Part shown: piece after piece, positions 27,327-38,477 of the stretch
How the letters are laid out: each line of letters starts with the position of its first letter
How positions within the stretch are numbered: the stretch's first letter is position 1
DNA from: Firmicutes bacterium UBA5509
Lineage (GTDB): Bacteria > Bacillota > Proteinivoracia > UBA4975
Direction: 5' to 3'
Assembly (NCBI GenBank): GCA_002423965.1
Contig: DIOR01000023.1
Coordinates: 90,997 to 154,996, forward strand
Length of the DNA stretch: 64,000 nt
Made by a program: the position numbers and the translations under genes
Notes under the pieces: generated by a model
Database searches by the model: none
Told to the model about the DNA's origin: nothing
Seen by the model: the letters and a program-made list of their open reading frames with translations, nothing else

Positions 27327-29373
27327 GTTGGCGCGGGAGCTAAAGTTAGATAGCAAGGAAATACTCAAGGTTGCATTGGAAATGGGGTTTGAAGTCAAAA
27401 ACCACATGAGCAACCTAGATTCGGGACAGGTTCAGGCCGTACGCAAAGCCTTGACAAAGCCTGTAGATAAGGCTGAACCGGCCAAACCCCAGAAAACTAA
27501 GCCCCAGCCAGCCAAAGGCCAGACCAGGAAGGCGCAGCCAACCAAGCCAAGGGCTAACAAGACAAGGGATAAGGCCCCTGAACCACCCAAGGAGTCTAAA
27601 ACCCGCAAGGAGCCTAGTTTCAAAGGGCCTGTGTTGATATCCCCTCAAGGACATACTGTGGCCCAACTAGAACCTTTATTTCATTTTCCTGTCACTCATT
27701 TAATTAAGTCCTTGATGTCTCTTGGAGTTATGGCCAACATCAATCAGCAGCTGGATACAGATACCGTGGAAATCCTGGCAGCTCAGTTAGGCATCGAAAC
27801 CGAAGTGGAAAAATCTGCCGAAGAACTGAAGCAGGAGCGGCTGACTGCAATGAAGACATCCTCGGCAGCAGATGCGGTGGAGCGTTCCCCTGTAGTTACA
27901 GTAATGGGTCACGTGGACCACGGCAAGACCTCATTGCTGGATCACATCCGCAACGCCAATGTTACCGCCGGGGAGGCAGGGGGAATAACCCAGCATATTG
28001 GTGCCTACCAGGTAGTTCACAACGGTAAAAAAATCGTGTTTTTGGATACCCCGGGCCATGAGGCATTTACCGCGATGCGGGCAAGGGGCACTAAGATCAC
28101 TGACCTTGCTATTTTAGTGGTGGCCGCTGACGAAGGTGTCATGCCCCAGACTATTGAGGCTCTCAACCATGCCAAGGCTGCTGAAGTGTCAATAATAGTT
28201 GCTGTCAATAAGATGGATAAGGCCGGTGCCAATCCCGAGAAAGTAAAACAACAGTTGTCTAACCATGGCCTCATGCCAGAGGAGTGGGGAGGGGATACTA
28301 TTTTTGTGGAAGTGTCCGCTACTACAGGCACTGGCATCGAAAATCTCTTGGAAATGATTCTCTTAAGTGCTGAGATGATGGAATTAAAGGCCTCACCTAG
28401 CCCCTTGGCTGAGGGTACTGTAATTGAAGCCAAAGTCGACAAAGGACGGGGGCCAGTGGCTACTATCCTCATTCAGCAAGGGACTTTAAATGTGGGGGAT
28501 TCAATTGTCTGTGGCTCCGCTTTTGGTAAAGTCAGGGCAATGTTTGATGACCGGGGACAAAAGTTGCAAACTGCCGGTCCCGCCGTGCCGGTGGAAGTCT
28601 TGGGCCTATCCGATGTACCTCCTGCGGGGGAAATTTTTCAGGCTGTCAGCGATGACAAGACTGCACGCAGCGAGGCCCTAGACTACGGCCAGGAACAACG
28701 GCAAACCAGCATGATTAAACCCCGCGTTTCCCTAGAAGACATCTTTAAGCAAATGGAAGAATCCCAGATAAAAGAACTTAATCTCGTGTTAAAGAGCGAT
28801 GTCCAGGGCACCACTGAAGCAATTAAGCAATCTTTGAACAAAATCAAAGTCCAAGATATGAAAGTTAACATCATTCACGATGGAGTTGGCGGCATTAACC
28901 AATCTGACGTAACCTTGGCCTCTGCCTCTGGGGCGGTTATCATTGGCTTTAACGTTCGTCCTGATACCCAGGCCCAAAAGCTCGCAGAGGAAGAAAGTGT
29001 TGAAATCCGGCTTTACAGGGTAATTTATGATGTCATTGATGATGTCAAGCTGGCCTTAAAAGGTATGCTTGAACCGGAGTACAAGGAGAAGATCCTGGGT
29101 CGTGTAGAAGTGCGCAACACTTTCCGTCATTCTAAGATTGGAACTATTGCCGGTTGCTACGTCTTGGATGGCAAAGTTACTAACCACGCTCTTGGCCGCC
29201 TCCTGAGAGATGGAGTCATAATTCATGAAGGGAAGCTTTCGTCCCTCAAACGCTTTAAAGAGGACGTAAAAGAAGTTTCCACTGGGTATGAATGCGGAAT
29301 TATGCTGGAGAACTATAATGACATTAAGGAAGGCGACGAAATAGAATTCTATACCATGGTGGAGGAAAAATAG
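27304..29373 (+). CDS. infB: Translation initiation factor IF-2
   Basis: [15 protein letters not shown]-terminus, basic linker, GTPase domain ([12 protein letters not shown]), C-terminal beta-barrels. GGAGGAG Shine-Dalgarno. Confidence 0.95.
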   Translation: MTKMRIYELARELKLDSKEILKVALEMGFEVKNHMSNLDSGQVQAVRKALTKPVDKAEPAKPQKTKPQPAKGQTRKAQPTKPRANKTRDKAPEPPKESKTRKEPSFKGPVLISPQGHTVAQLEPLFHFPVTHLIKSLMSLGVMANINQQLDTDTVEILAAQLGIETEVEKSAEELKQERLTAMKTSSAADAVERSPVVTVMGHVDHGKTSLLDHIRNANVTAGEAGGITQHIGAYQVVHNGKKIVFLDTPGHEAFTAMRARGTKITDLAILVVAADEGVMPQTIEALNHAKAAEVSIIVAVNKMDKAGANPEKVKQQLSNHGLMPEEWGGDTIFVEVSATTGTGIENLLEMILLSAEMMELKASPSPLAEGTVIEAKVDKGRGPVATILIQQGTLNVGDSIVCGSAFGKVRAMFDDRGQKLQTAGPAVPVEVLGLSDVPPAGEIFQAVSDDKTARSEALDYGQEQRQTSMIKPRVSLEDIFKQMEESQIKELNLVLKSDVQGTTEAIKQSLNKIKVQDMKVNIIHDGVGGINQSDVTLASASGAVIIGFNVRPDTQAQKLAEEESVEIRLYRVIYDVIDDVKLALKGMLEPEYKEKILGRVEVRNTFRHSKIGTIAGCYVLDGKVTNHALGRLLRDGVIIHEGKLSSLKRFKEDVKEVSTGYECGIMLENYNDIKEGDEIEFYTMVEEK

Positions 29374-29742
29374 ATGGGTGGAACCAGAGCTCAAAAGATG
29401 GCCGAAGCCATAAAAGAAGAAGTCAGCGATATTATCACTTCAAAGCTTAAAGACCCCAGAGTAGGTTTTACCACAGTTACCGCAGTGGAGACCAGCAAGG
29501 ACGTGCATTATGTCACTGTCCATGTCAGCGTCCTTGGCGATACCGAACAGCAAAAGGAAACGATGAAAACCTTGCAGAATGCAGCTGGCTTTATCCGCAC
29601 AGAATTGGGAACACGGATTCGGATTCGCCATGTGCCTGAACTGCGTTTTGTCCAAGATAGGGCAATGGAGCATCATGCTCACATAAATGCCTTACTTCGG
29701 GAAATCAAAGAGGGGGAAAGCAATGGTGAAGAAAAACAATGA
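29374..29742 (+). CDS. rbfA: Ribosome-binding factor A
   Basis: 122 aa. RAQKMAEAIKEEVSDII...VTVHVSVLGD motifs. Confidence 0.9.
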   Translation: MGGTRAQKMAEAIKEEVSDIITSKLKDPRVGFTTVTAVETSKDVHYVTVHVSVLGDTEQQKETMKTLQNAAGFIRTELGTRIRIRHVPELRFVQDRAMEHHAHINALLREIKEGESNGEEKQ

Positions 29743-30691
29743 TCTTTCCCAAATTCGCCAGGCTCTACTCGGGGCAGAAGTCCCTGTAGTAATCCTCTCT
29801 CACCCTTCTCCCGATGGGGACAGTATTGGTTCAACTATTGGCGCCCATGGAATCTTGACTGCAGCGGGCATTAAGGCAATTCCCGTGCTTCCTGAATTGC
29901 CTTCTATTTACGATTTTTTAACCAAGGACGTAGATATCCTTCATCCTTCTGTGGACCTCACGGGTAAAATTGCCCTGATTTTAGATTGCGGAGACGGCAA
30001 TCGATTGACGCAATCAGGGCAATCCCTGGAGGGTGCAGACCTGGTAATTAATATCGACCACCATCTACATAATGATTATTTTGGCAATCTCAACTATGTG
30101 GATCCCAATGCTTCCGCGGCTGGTGAACTGATCTTTACGCTGTTCCGGGATTATCCCCAATACTTTTCCCCCGGCATTGCAGATGCTCTATATACAGCCC
30201 TAGTTACAGATTCTGGCGGCTTTTGTTACAGCAATACCTCTTCTGAAGCCTTATGGGCTGCGGGCACTTTGGTGGAATGGGGGGCCAAGCCTCACAGTAT
30301 ATATTGTCATCTTTATCAAAATAGATCTCTGGGCTACTTCGCCTTCTTAGCTGAAGCCCTGGGTAAGATTGAGCTTCATTGTTCCGGAAAAGTGGCTCTG
30401 CTACCTTTGGATAGAGAGCTTATGCTACGGCATAGCATTGGGGATTGGGAGCTAGATGAAGTTAATGACTATCCCCGGAGTCTTGCGGGGATTTCTGTTT
30501 CTATAGTCCTCAAGGAAACTGAAGCCGGAGTTAAAGCAAGCTTGCGCTCAAAGGGCTGGAATGTGGCGGAAATTGCTGCAGCCTTTGGGGGCGGTGGTCA
30601 TAACAACGCCGCAGGTGTCACCCTGGACATGAGTCTGGATGAGGCAAAAAATCAGCTCCTTAAGTACCTAGAACAGGAGCAAGTACTGTGA
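29723..30691 (+). CDS. nrnA: DHH/DHHA1 phosphoesterase NrnA (nanoRNase / pAp phosphatase)
   Basis: SHPSPDGDSIGS...DHH... and a C-terminal GGGH motif. Confidence 0.85.
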   Translation: MVKKNNDLSQIRQALLGAEVPVVILSHPSPDGDSIGSTIGAHGILTAAGIKAIPVLPELPSIYDFLTKDVDILHPSVDLTGKIALILDCGDGNRLTQSGQSLEGADLVINIDHHLHNDYFGNLNYVDPNASAAGELIFTLFRDYPQYFSPGIADALYTALVTDSGGFCYSNTSSEALWAAGTLVEWGAKPHSIYCHLYQNRSLGYFAFLAEALGKIELHCSGKVALLPLDRELMLRHSIGDWELDEVNDYPRSLAGISVSIVLKETEAGVKASLRSKGWNVAEIAAAFGGGGHNNAAGVTLDMSLDEAKNQLLKYLEQEQVL

Positions 30692-31557
30692 ACGGCTTCA
30701 TCCCTTTGAATAAGCCTGCCGGGATAAGTTCTCAGCAAGCTGTGTCCAAAGTAAAGAGAATCACAGGGGTGAAAAAGGCTGGGCATACAGGAACATTGGA
30801 CCCTATGGCAACAGGTCTGTTGTTGGTGGCCCTAGGTAAGGCAACCCGTCTTTGTCAATACTTTCTCGATGGTACAAAGGGTTACCGGGGAGAGATTCGG
30901 TTTGGCGCTGCCACTGACACTGGCGATAGCGAGGGCAGGGTAATCGCGACTGCCTCCAACTATTACTACAGTCTGCAAGAGATTACCGCCGTCCTTACTA
31001 AGTTTCAAGGTTGGATTCAGCAAAGGCCACCAGCGGCTTCAGCTCTCAAGATTGATGGCCAAAGGGCATATAAGCTCTTTCGCCAAGGTAAATCTCCAGA
31101 GATGCCGCTGCGCAAAGTAGAGATTAATACTTTGGACAACATTTATCCCCAGGATATTTCCGATGCCAATCCCATACTGACTATCGATGTGCACTGCAGT
31201 AAAGGCACTTATATTCGCAGTCTGGCCAGGGATATTGGCGAGGCCCTTGGTTGTCCTGCCCATCTTGCCAGTCTCATTCGCACCCATATGTCTCACATCG
31301 ATCTTAGCTTGGCGGCTACTTTCCTTGATTTAGAAGAGGACTTTAGTCCTTGGCTACTGGATATGGCAGTGGCCGTGGATAATTTGCCGAGACTCCAAGT
31401 GGAAGGTCAAGATTGCAAGTTTTTTACGGAGGGAAGGAGCATTACCGCCCAAAGTGACCTGGGGGAAGTAGCTGTTTTTTCCGGCGACCTCTTATTAGGT
31501 ATAGGCTTCGCCACCGCTAATATAATTAGGCCTATTAAGGTGCTAGTACAGGAGTAA
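30688..31557 (+). CDS. truB: tRNA pseudouridine(55) synthase TruB
   Basis: GHTGTLDPMATGLL catalytic motif. Confidence 0.95.
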   Translation: MNGFIPLNKPAGISSQQAVSKVKRITGVKKAGHTGTLDPMATGLLLVALGKATRLCQYFLDGTKGYRGEIRFGAATDTGDSEGRVIATASNYYYSLQEITAVLTKFQGWIQQRPPAASALKIDGQRAYKLFRQGKSPEMPLRKVEINTLDNIYPQDISDANPILTIDVHCSKGTYIRSLARDIGEALGCPAHLASLIRTHMSHIDLSLAATFLDLEEDFSPWLLDMAVAVDNLPRLQVEGQDCKFFTEGRSITAQSDLGEVAVFSGDLLLGIGFATANIIRPIKVLVQE

Positions 31558-31562
31558 GAGCT

Positions 31563-32504
31563 GTGAAAATATATTTTGATTATAAAAGAGTTCCTCCGGA
31601 TGGGGCAGTGGTTGCCCTTGGAAACTTTGATGGCTTTCATCTTGGACATCAGGAAATCCTCAGGCAGACTGTCCTTAAGTCACATTCCCTATGTCTGCCT
31701 TCTTTGGCTATGACCTTTCAACCACACCCCCGCCGTTTCTTTGGTAGTGATCTATCTCTAATTACTTCTTTGGGGCAAAAGATGAGTTTGCTGAAAAAAG
31801 CAGGGATTGATATTGCCTTGATTCAGCAATTTACTCAAGGCTTTGCCTCTATTTCCCCCCAATCCTTTATACAAGACGTCCTAGCTGCCTCCCTGGGTTG
31901 CCGCCATATCGTGGTGGGATATGATTACTCTTTTGGCAGGGCAGGCTCTGGGGATACCAGCTTAATAAAGGAGCTAACATCGAATTTGGGAATTACCTGC
32001 GATATTATCCCCCCGGTTATGTATGGGCAGGAAGTAATAAGTAGCTCCGCTACCCGCAACTTTTTGGCTACAGGCAATATTGAAATGGCAGCAAAATACA
32101 TGGGCAGGCCCTTTACCGTCAGGGGGAGGGTTACCCCTGGGGCGGGCCGTGGCAAGTCTCTAGGATTTCCTACTGCCAATATCTATCCATTCTCTTCAGC
32201 GGCTTTGCCTGCTTATGGAGTGTACCTAGTCCAGGTCTGCGCCATGGGGAACTCTTACTGGGGGGTAGCTAATCTAGGCAGTCACCCCACCTTCCCTGGA
32301 GGTAAAAGATCTTTGGAAGCCTTCATTCTCGACTTTCAGGGTGATTTGTACGGTTCTCTTGTGTCTGTTAGCTTTATAAAAAGGCTGCGGGCCGAGTGCA
32401 AGTTTCCTGATGCTAGTAATCTTCAAAAGCAGCAGATGGAGGATGTAAAGCTGGCAAAAACTTTACTTGCCAATGACAATATGCTAAAATTACAAAGGAT
32501 TTAA
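31563..32504 (+). CDS. ribF: Bifunctional riboflavin kinase / FMN adenylyltransferase
   Basis: [11 protein letters not shown] nucleotidyltransferase motif and a C-terminal riboflavin kinase ([12 protein letters not shown]). Confidence 0.9.
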   Translation: MKIYFDYKRVPPDGAVVALGNFDGFHLGHQEILRQTVLKSHSLCLPSLAMTFQPHPRRFFGSDLSLITSLGQKMSLLKKAGIDIALIQQFTQGFASISPQSFIQDVLAASLGCRHIVVGYDYSFGRAGSGDTSLIKELTSNLGITCDIIPPVMYGQEVISSSATRNFLATGNIEMAAKYMGRPFTVRGRVTPGAGRGKSLGFPTANIYPFSSAALPAYGVYLVQVCAMGNSYWGVANLGSHPTFPGGKRSLEAFILDFQGDLYGSLVSVSFIKRLRAECKFPDASNLQKQQMEDVKLAKTLLANDNMLKLQRI

Positions 32505-32581
32505 CCATAAGCTCTGATTACCGCATACTCCGACGGTTTTCTGGGCTAATGGCGTTTCTGAAATTAAAGGAGGTGAATTTC

Positions 32582-32851
32582 ATGACCATGACACGGGAAC
32601 AAAAGGACGAGATTATTGGACAGTTTAAGGCCCATGAAACTGACACTGGTTCTACCGAAGTCCAAGTTGCCTTGCTGACCAACAGAATCAACCATCTCAC
32701 CGCCCATCTTAAGACCCATAAAAATGACCATCATTCCCGAAGAGGGCTCATGAAAATGGTCGGCCGTCGGCGTAGACTACTTGATTATCTCAAGAAAGTT
32801 GACATTAAACGCTACCGCGCCATTTTGGAAAAACTTAATTTACGAAAGTAA
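32582..32851 (+). CDS. rpsO: 30S ribosomal protein S15
   Basis: 89-aa S15 ([13 protein letters not shown]...[15 protein letters not shown]). AAAGGAGGTGA Shine-Dalgarno. Confidence 0.95.
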   Translation: MTMTREQKDEIIGQFKAHETDTGSTEVQVALLTNRINHLTAHLKTHKNDHHSRRGLMKMVGRRRRLLDYLKKVDIKRYRAILEKLNLRK

Positions 32852-32876
32852 AAGCGGGGATCCCCGCTTTTATTTA
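32852..32876 (+). terminator. Rho-independent terminator between rpsO and pnp (AAGCGGGGA/TCCCCGCTT + TTTATTT)
   Basis: Perfect 9-bp GC-rich palindrome followed by a U-tract. Confidence 0.8.
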
Positions 32877-32901
32877 AATGAAGTATGAAAGGAGGAGTAT
32901 T

Positions 32902-35025
32902 ATGAAATACAGATATGACATGTCTGGGAGAGAATTAACGGTGGAAGTCAATAAGTTTGCCAAGCAGGCAAACGGGTCTGCACTGGTTCGCTACGGCGAT
33001 ACAGTGTTACTAGTTGCTGCCACTGCTTCCAAAGAACCCAGGGAAGGAATCGATTTTTTCCCACTTACTGTTGATTATGAAGAGAGAATGTACTCTGTGG
33101 GGAAAATACCCGGAGGTTTTATTAAACGGGAAGGCCGCCCTACTGAAAAAGCTATCTTAACAGCCAGGCTTACTGACAGGCCTTTGCGGCCTCTGTTTCC
33201 CAAGGGATTCCGAAATGCTGTCCATATCGTCTCCACAGTCATGTCAATGGACCAGGATAATCCACCGGAGATTGCCAGCATCAACGGGGCATCAATAGCC
33301 CTTTCAATTTCCAACATTCCCTTTGCGGGACCGGTGGCTGCCGTTATGATTGGCTATGTAGATGGAGAACTGGTAGTTAACCCCAATATGGAACAGCGGG
33401 AAAAAAGCGATTTACACCTTACTGTCGCCGGAACCAGTGAGGCTATTATGATGGTGGAGTCCGGTGCCAAAGAAGTAAGCCAAGAAGTGTTTATTGATGC
33501 ACTGCTTTTGGCCCATCAAGAGATAAAATCCTTGGTGGCTTTCCAGGAGAGCATTGTCCGGGATTTAAACAAGGAGAAGATGGCTGTCAAGTTCACTCCA
33601 GTTCCTGACGAAATGGTTGAAGAGGTCAAAGATTTTGCTGCTTCCGGCATAGACGAAGCCTTGACAATAGCTGACAAACTTCAGCGGGAGGCCCGGATTG
33701 ACGAAATCATGGCCAGCTGGCTGACTAGGTTTGAAGATACACCTGAATCTGCTAGCTTGGGCAAGGAAGCCTTTAAAAACTTGTTAAGAGCTCTGGTGAG
33801 GTCAAGAATCCTGGAGAGGGACCAGCGCCCCGATGGCCGTAAACATAATGAAATTAGACCCATTACCTGTGAGGTAGGCCTGCTGCCGCGAATCCATGGT
33901 TCAGCCTTATTTACCCGTGGACAGACACAGGTTCTCAACGCCTGCACTTTAGGTGTTCCCAGTGATGTGCAAATACTTGATGGCCTTACTTTAGAGGAAT
34001 CTAAGCGCTTTATGCATCACTACAATTTTCCTCCTTACTCCGTAGGTGAACCGGGCTTTATCCGGGGACCCGGACGTAGGGAAATTGGCCATGGTGCTTT
34101 GGCCGAACGGGCCCTTATTGGAATGATTCCCCCCGAAGAAGACTTCCCCTATACCATTAGGGCAGTTTCCGAAGTCTTGGAATCTAACGGATCATCTTCT
34201 ATGGGCAGCGTCTGTGCTGCGTCTATGTCTTTGATGGATGCAGGGGTTCCTATGCGGGCCGCTGTTGGCGGAATCGCTATGGGGCTTATCAAAGAAGAAG
34301 AGCGCTATGTCATCCTAACGGACATCCAAGGTATGGAAGACTTTCTCGGGGATATGGACTTTAAAGTAGCTGGAACTCGCAAGGGCATTACCGCTTTGCA
34401 GATGGATATTAAAGTTCATGGCTTAAACAGGGAAATCCTCACCAAGGCTTTGGAGCAGGCAGTGGCCGGTTATAATTCCATTTTAGACAAAATGGAGGCG
34501 GCAATTTCCCGTCCTCGTCCCGAGCTTTCACCTTATGCGCCCCGCATCGTTGTTCTGAAAGTGCCAGTAGACAAAATTCGGGAAGTCATCGGCCCCGGTG
34601 GCAAGATGGTCAATAAAATCATCGACGAAACCGGCGTCAAAATTGACATTGAAGATGATGGCACTATCTATATCGCTTCCCCCGACGGCGAAGCCGCCGC
34701 CAAGGCCAGGAAAACTATCGAAGATCTTGTGCGGGAAGTGGAAGTGGGAGAAGTATACATGGGCACAGTTGTCCGCGTGGAGAGCTATGGTGCTTTTGTC
34801 GAACTCTTGCCTGGCAAAGACGGCTTAGTTCACATTTCCCAGCTAGATCGCAAACGGGTGGCCAAGACTGAAGATGTTGTCAAAGTCGGAGACTCCATTG
34901 AGGTCAAGGTTATTGGAATTGATGAAAAAGGACGAGTAAAATTGTCCCACAAGGTGCTACTTCCCCCGGATCCCGAGGATGAAGGCACTAATGAAGCAGA
35001 ACAAAACCAAAGAAAACCAAGGTAG
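32902..35025 (+). CDS. pnp: Polyribonucleotide nucleotidyltransferase (PNPase)
   Basis: Two RNase PH domains plus KH and S1 domains. Start chosen at [15 protein letters not shown] by homology. Confidence 0.95.
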   Translation: MKYRYDMSGRELTVEVNKFAKQANGSALVRYGDTVLLVAATASKEPREGIDFFPLTVDYEERMYSVGKIPGGFIKREGRPTEKAILTARLTDRPLRPLFPKGFRNAVHIVSTVMSMDQDNPPEIASINGASIALSISNIPFAGPVAAVMIGYVDGELVVNPNMEQREKSDLHLTVAGTSEAIMMVESGAKEVSQEVFIDALLLAHQEIKSLVAFQESIVRDLNKEKMAVKFTPVPDEMVEEVKDFAASGIDEALTIADKLQREARIDEIMASWLTRFEDTPESASLGKEAFKNLLRALVRSRILERDQRPDGRKHNEIRPITCEVGLLPRIHGSALFTRGQTQVLNACTLGVPSDVQILDGLTLEESKRFMHHYNFPPYSVGEPGFIRGPGRREIGHGALAERALIGMIPPEEDFPYTIRAVSEVLESNGSSSMGSVCAASMSLMDAGVPMRAAVGGIAMGLIKEEERYVILTDIQGMEDFLGDMDFKVAGTRKGITALQMDIKVHGLNREILTKALEQAVAGYNSILDKMEAAISRPRPELSPYAPRIVVLKVPVDKIREVIGPGGKMVNKIIDETGVKIDIEDDGTIYIASPDGEAAAKARKTIEDLVREVEVGEVYMGTVVRVESYGAFVELLPGKDGLVHISQLDRKRVAKTEDVVKVGDSIEVKVIGIDEKGRVKLSHKVLLPPDPEDEGTNEAEQNQRKPR

Positions 35026-35026
35026 T

Positions 35027-35060
35027 AAAAGAGCATCTGATAAGGATGCTTTTTTATTTT
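35027..35060 (+). terminator. Rho-independent terminator after pnp (AGCATC-tgataag-GATGCT + TTTTTTATTTTG)
   Basis: Stem-loop and long U-tract seen directly. Confidence 0.85.
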
Positions 35061-35108
35061 GTCATATTTCCATAAAACCAGGGGTAAGAATAAACGGGAG
35101 GGGGAGCA

Positions 35109-36128
35109 ATGAGAATCTTTTGGGTAATAAAAGCGAAAACATTGGTCTTTTGTCTGGTGGCTTGTTTTGCCTTGCTGCTGGTAGTATATTCCCTTAATTT
35201 TGCAGTGGGGGAGGTCTTTTCCCGAAAGCCCAAGTATGTGGTTTTTTTAGGGCAGGAGTTGTATCCCAAGGACCTTGACTTGCATAAACAGGTGGAGCGA
35301 ATAACTGAAAGTATTAACCAACAACCGGAAGAAGCCCGCTATGACAATGTCAATAAAGCCGTAATTCCTGAGGTAAATGGCTTTGAAATAGATGTGGCCG
35401 CCTGTGTGGAGGCAATCAAAGGGGCAAAAAGAGGTGAAGTTGTCATACCGGTGTGGCGGGAAATCCCGCCGGAAATGAAACTGTCGGATTTTGCCTTATT
35501 CCCAGTCTATCAAGGCAATCCAGTAAAGAATCAAGTGGCCTTAGTAATAAATGTGTCATGGGGTAATGAATATTTGGAAGAGATGCTGAGTATTTTAGAG
35601 TCAAATGCCGTCCCCGCCAGTTTCTTTTTAGTTGGTCGTTGGGCGGAGGAAAATCCGGAGCTAGTGAAAAAAATCGCAGAGCTGGGTATGGATTTTGGCA
35701 ATCATGGTTATTCCGATCCCCATATGCAAGACCAAAGCCCGAAGGAAATAGAAGAGGAAATAATTAAGACAAATAAGGTAGTAGAAGAATTAACAGCTAA
35801 GAAAGTCCGCTGGTTTAGCCCCCCTTATGGGGAAAAGGCGGAGAAGATATACGAAGTGGCAGCTGATTTAGGGCTGCATACAATTCTCTGGTCTCTGGAT
35901 ACCGTAGATTGGCAACTGCCTGGTGAAGAAGTTATTATCCGCCGCATTGTTGACAATTTGCACAATGGGGCAATCATCCTTATGCATCCCACAGAACAAA
36001 CTCCTGGGGCCCTAAAGGCCATTATTGAGGGAGCTAGAGAAAAAAATCTAGAGTTTGTCACCGTCAGCCAGCTCCTGGATCCCAGTTATTGGCCTGCAAA
36101 ATACAGTGCACTGTGGGCGGGAAATTAA
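35109..36128 (+). CDS. Polysaccharide deacetylase (NodB domain) with N-terminal signal anchor; YlxY-like
   Basis: Transmembrane N-terminus and NodB motifs (VALVINVSWGNEY...FFLVGRW...HGYSDPHM). Position matches the ylxY orthologue. Confidence 0.85.
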   Translation: MRIFWVIKAKTLVFCLVACFALLLVVYSLNFAVGEVFSRKPKYVVFLGQELYPKDLDLHKQVERITESINQQPEEARYDNVNKAVIPEVNGFEIDVAACVEAIKGAKRGEVVIPVWREIPPEMKLSDFALFPVYQGNPVKNQVALVINVSWGNEYLEEMLSILESNAVPASFFLVGRWAEENPELVKKIAELGMDFGNHGYSDPHMQDQSPKEIEEEIIKTNKVVEELTAKKVRWFSPPYGEKAEKIYEVAADLGLHTILWSLDTVDWQLPGEEVIIRRIVDNLHNGAIILMHPTEQTPGALKAIIEGAREKNLEFVTVSQLLDPSYWPAKYSALWAGN

Positions 36129-36129
36129 A

Positions 36130-36390
36130 TTGGAAGTGGTAAGGTTTTCGGATCTTGCCTCCAAGGAAGTAATTAATTTTGGCAATGGCAAATGTCTGGG
36201 TCAATTTTCCGACTGTGATCTCTGTATAGATCCTGCAACTGGGAAAATTAAAGAGGTAACTTTGGCAGGACGCTCGGGCTTTATTTCTTCCTTCTTTACA
36301 AACTCACCAATGTATGTCATTCCCTGGCAAGCGATAATTAGGGTGGGAGTTGACACCATTATTGTTTCAATCCCTGAAAAAAAGGAATAA
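36130..36390 (+). CDS. ymxH: YlmC/YmxH-family (PRC-barrel) sporulation protein
   Basis: The EVVRFSDLASKEVINFGNGKCLG...DLCIDPATGKI pattern matches YmxH. TTG start chosen. Confidence 0.7.
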   Translation: MEVVRFSDLASKEVINFGNGKCLGQFSDCDLCIDPATGKIKEVTLAGRSGFISSFFTNSPMYVIPWQAIIRVGVDTIIVSIPEKKE

Positions 36391-36442
36391 TTTATCTGGC
36401 CTCTGAGGCATAATAACCGTAGTACTTTAGGGAGGTAATGAC

Positions 36443-36925
36443 ATGGAAAAAACTGTAATAGCTTATTATAACTCAAGGGACGACGCCGAAAGCAGTGTCC
36501 GCCATCTGCGGGAACAAGGATTTGGCGATAACGAAGTCTCAATCCTTGCCAAAGAAGATGAGGGGGGCTCTAACTCTGGAGAAGAGATGAGCTTCAAGAA
36601 TCAAAATCTCACCGATGGCACTATGACTGGTGGGGCTATCGGAGGCTTGGCGGGGCTGGCCATGGGGGCCGGAGCCTTGTTGATTCCTGGAATCGGACCT
36701 ATTGTCGCTGCTGGTCCCTTAGCGGGCGTGCTTACAGGAGCCCTGACTGGTGGGGTAGCTGGAGGGCTAATCGACTATGGCATTCCCGAGGAAAGCAGCA
36801 GAAGGTACGAACAACATCTGGAGTCAGGAAAAGTGCTGGCGTTAATAAAGACTGATTCCGATCGGGCTATGGAAGCAATGAAAATCATGGACCGAACCGG
36901 TGGGCAAGACATAGAGATGCATTAA
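36443..36925 (+). CDS. General-stress-protein (YflT/GSP17M-like) N-domain fused to a glycine-zipper membrane segment
   Basis: N-terminus resembles YflT (IAYYNSRDDAESSVRHLREQGF...VSILAK). It is followed by a Gly/Ala-rich zipper (GGAIGGLAGLAMGAGALLIPGIG...). Confidence 0.7.
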   Translation: MEKTVIAYYNSRDDAESSVRHLREQGFGDNEVSILAKEDEGGSNSGEEMSFKNQNLTDGTMTGGAIGGLAGLAMGAGALLIPGIGPIVAAGPLAGVLTGALTGGVAGGLIDYGIPEESSRRYEQHLESGKVLALIKTDSDRAMEAMKIMDRTGGQDIEMH

Positions 36926-36940
36926 ACTCAGAATTCCCAA

Positions 36941-36981
36941 CAGGGGCAGCGGGCAAACAGGACCGCTGCCCCTGTCTTTTG
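36941..36981 (+). terminator. Strong rho-independent terminator (12-bp stem CAGGGGCAGCGG/CCGCTGCCCCTG + TCTTTTG)
   Basis: Perfect 12-bp inverted repeat with a 10-nt loop and a U-tract. Confidence 0.85.
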
Positions 36982-37020
36982 CATATTGTATTAAGGAAAG
37001 GGCTAGAGGAGGAATGTTAC

Positions 37021-37899
37021 ATGGGGGTCGGAAGAATAGCAATAATTGGCGGTGACGCCAGAGAATTGACACTAGCCATGGAGCTAGTGGAGAAAGGATT
37101 TGACATCTGCCTGTGTGGCTTTGACTCAAGCGCCCTGGCTGGGGTGGAGCATTTCTCTTGCCCCAAGGAAGCAGTCAGAGGAGCTCAGGCTGTAATATTG
37201 CCTATGGCTGGGGTTAAAGGGGACTTAATCTACTGCCCCGGAAACCCAAACCCACCTGAGATACATGAGAATTTTTTTTCGGAACTGCCTGACAAAACTC
37301 CAGTGTTTATTGGCTGGGCCACTAAAGAATTAAAAAAAATGGCGGTAAATGTGCGGCTGGTGGAAATTGCCCAGGATGATGAATTGGCAGTGCTAAATTC
37401 CATCCCCACTGCCGAAGGAGCTGTTGCCATTGCTATTAACGATAGCCCCATTAGCATTCACGGCAACGATGCAATGGTGGTGGGCTTTGGGCGTTGCGGA
37501 ATTTCCTTAGGACGAATGCTAGGAGGCATAGGTGCCCATGTGACAGTGGCTGCCAGAAAGGCTTCTGACCGCGCCAGGGCAACAGAAATGGGGTTTCGTA
37601 CCTGCTCAATAAGCGACCTTCGGGAGCATGTAAAATCAATGGCATTTATTTTCAACACCATTCCGGCGCCGGTGCTGACCCAAGAGGTCTTGGCAAATGC
37701 AAGGAAATGCTCTTTACTTGTAGATATAGCCAGCGGTGGAGGCACGGATTTTGCTGCAGCTGAAAGCTTCGGCATAAAAGCACTTCTCGCTCCAGGGCTA
37801 CCAGGAAAAGTAGCACCGGTAACCGCCGGAAAGATCCTGGGAAAGGTAATTCCCAGGTTACTGTACGAATATGGCATCGGGGGAGGCGGAGAAAAGTGA
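37021..37899 (+). CDS. dpaA: Dipicolinate synthase subunit A (SpoVFA)
   Basis: Rossmann NAD(P)-binding fold (IAIIGGDARE...VVGFGRCG). GAGGAGG lies 8 nt before the ATG. Paired with dpaB downstream. Confidence 0.9.
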   Translation: MGVGRIAIIGGDARELTLAMELVEKGFDICLCGFDSSALAGVEHFSCPKEAVRGAQAVILPMAGVKGDLIYCPGNPNPPEIHENFFSELPDKTPVFIGWATKELKKMAVNVRLVEIAQDDELAVLNSIPTAEGAVAIAINDSPISIHGNDAMVVGFGRCGISLGRMLGGIGAHVTVAARKASDRARATEMGFRTCSISDLREHVKSMAFIFNTIPAPVLTQEVLANARKCSLLVDIASGGGTDFAAAESFGIKALLAPGLPGKVAPVTAGKILGKVIPRLLYEYGIGGGGEK

Positions 37900-38468
37900 A
37901 AAGCTTAAAAATAGGCTTTGCAATAACCGGGTCCCATTGCACTTTTGCGGCAATAACGGATCCGATGAAGGACTTGCGTGCTAAGGGAAACACCTTAATC
38001 CCGATATTGTCTGATGCAGCAGCCAGTACCAGCACTCGTTTTGGGGAGGCTGAGCATTGGACCAAAGCCTTTGCTGATATATCCGGGCATAGGGTAATTT
38101 CTTCAATCAAAGAGGCCGAGGAAATTGTCACCAATAAAGTGGATGTTGTTGTTGTGGCGCCTTGCACAGGAAATACTCTTGGGAAACTGGCAAACGCAAT
38201 AACAGATACTGCCGTGACTATGGTGGTCAAGGCTCAGTTGAGAAATGAAAAACCTGTGGTGTTGGCCATTTCCACAAATGATGGCTTGGCTGGCAATGCT
38301 GTGAACATTGGCAGGCTGCTGGATAAAAAGAATATTTATTTTGTCCCCTTCTGTCAAGATAATCCTCAGGTGAAGCCCCGTTCGCTGGTATGCAATATGT
38401 CCCTGTTGCCGGATACCATTGAAAGTGCAACCCAGGGAATACAAATCCAGCCGATTTTAATAAGGTAG
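37896..38468 (+). CDS. dpaB: Dipicolinate synthase subunit B (SpoVFB, flavoprotein)
   Basis: Flavoprotein fold (IGFAITGSHCTF...VVAPCTGNTLGKLA). The GTGA start overlaps the dpaA stop. Confidence 0.9.
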   Translation: MKSLKIGFAITGSHCTFAAITDPMKDLRAKGNTLIPILSDAAASTSTRFGEAEHWTKAFADISGHRVISSIKEAEEIVTNKVDVVVVAPCTGNTLGKLANAITDTAVTMVVKAQLRNEKPVVLAISTNDGLAGNAVNIGRLLDKKNIYFVPFCQDNPQVKPRSLVCNMSLLPDTIESATQGIQIQPILIR

Positions 38469-38477
38469 GGATGAAGG

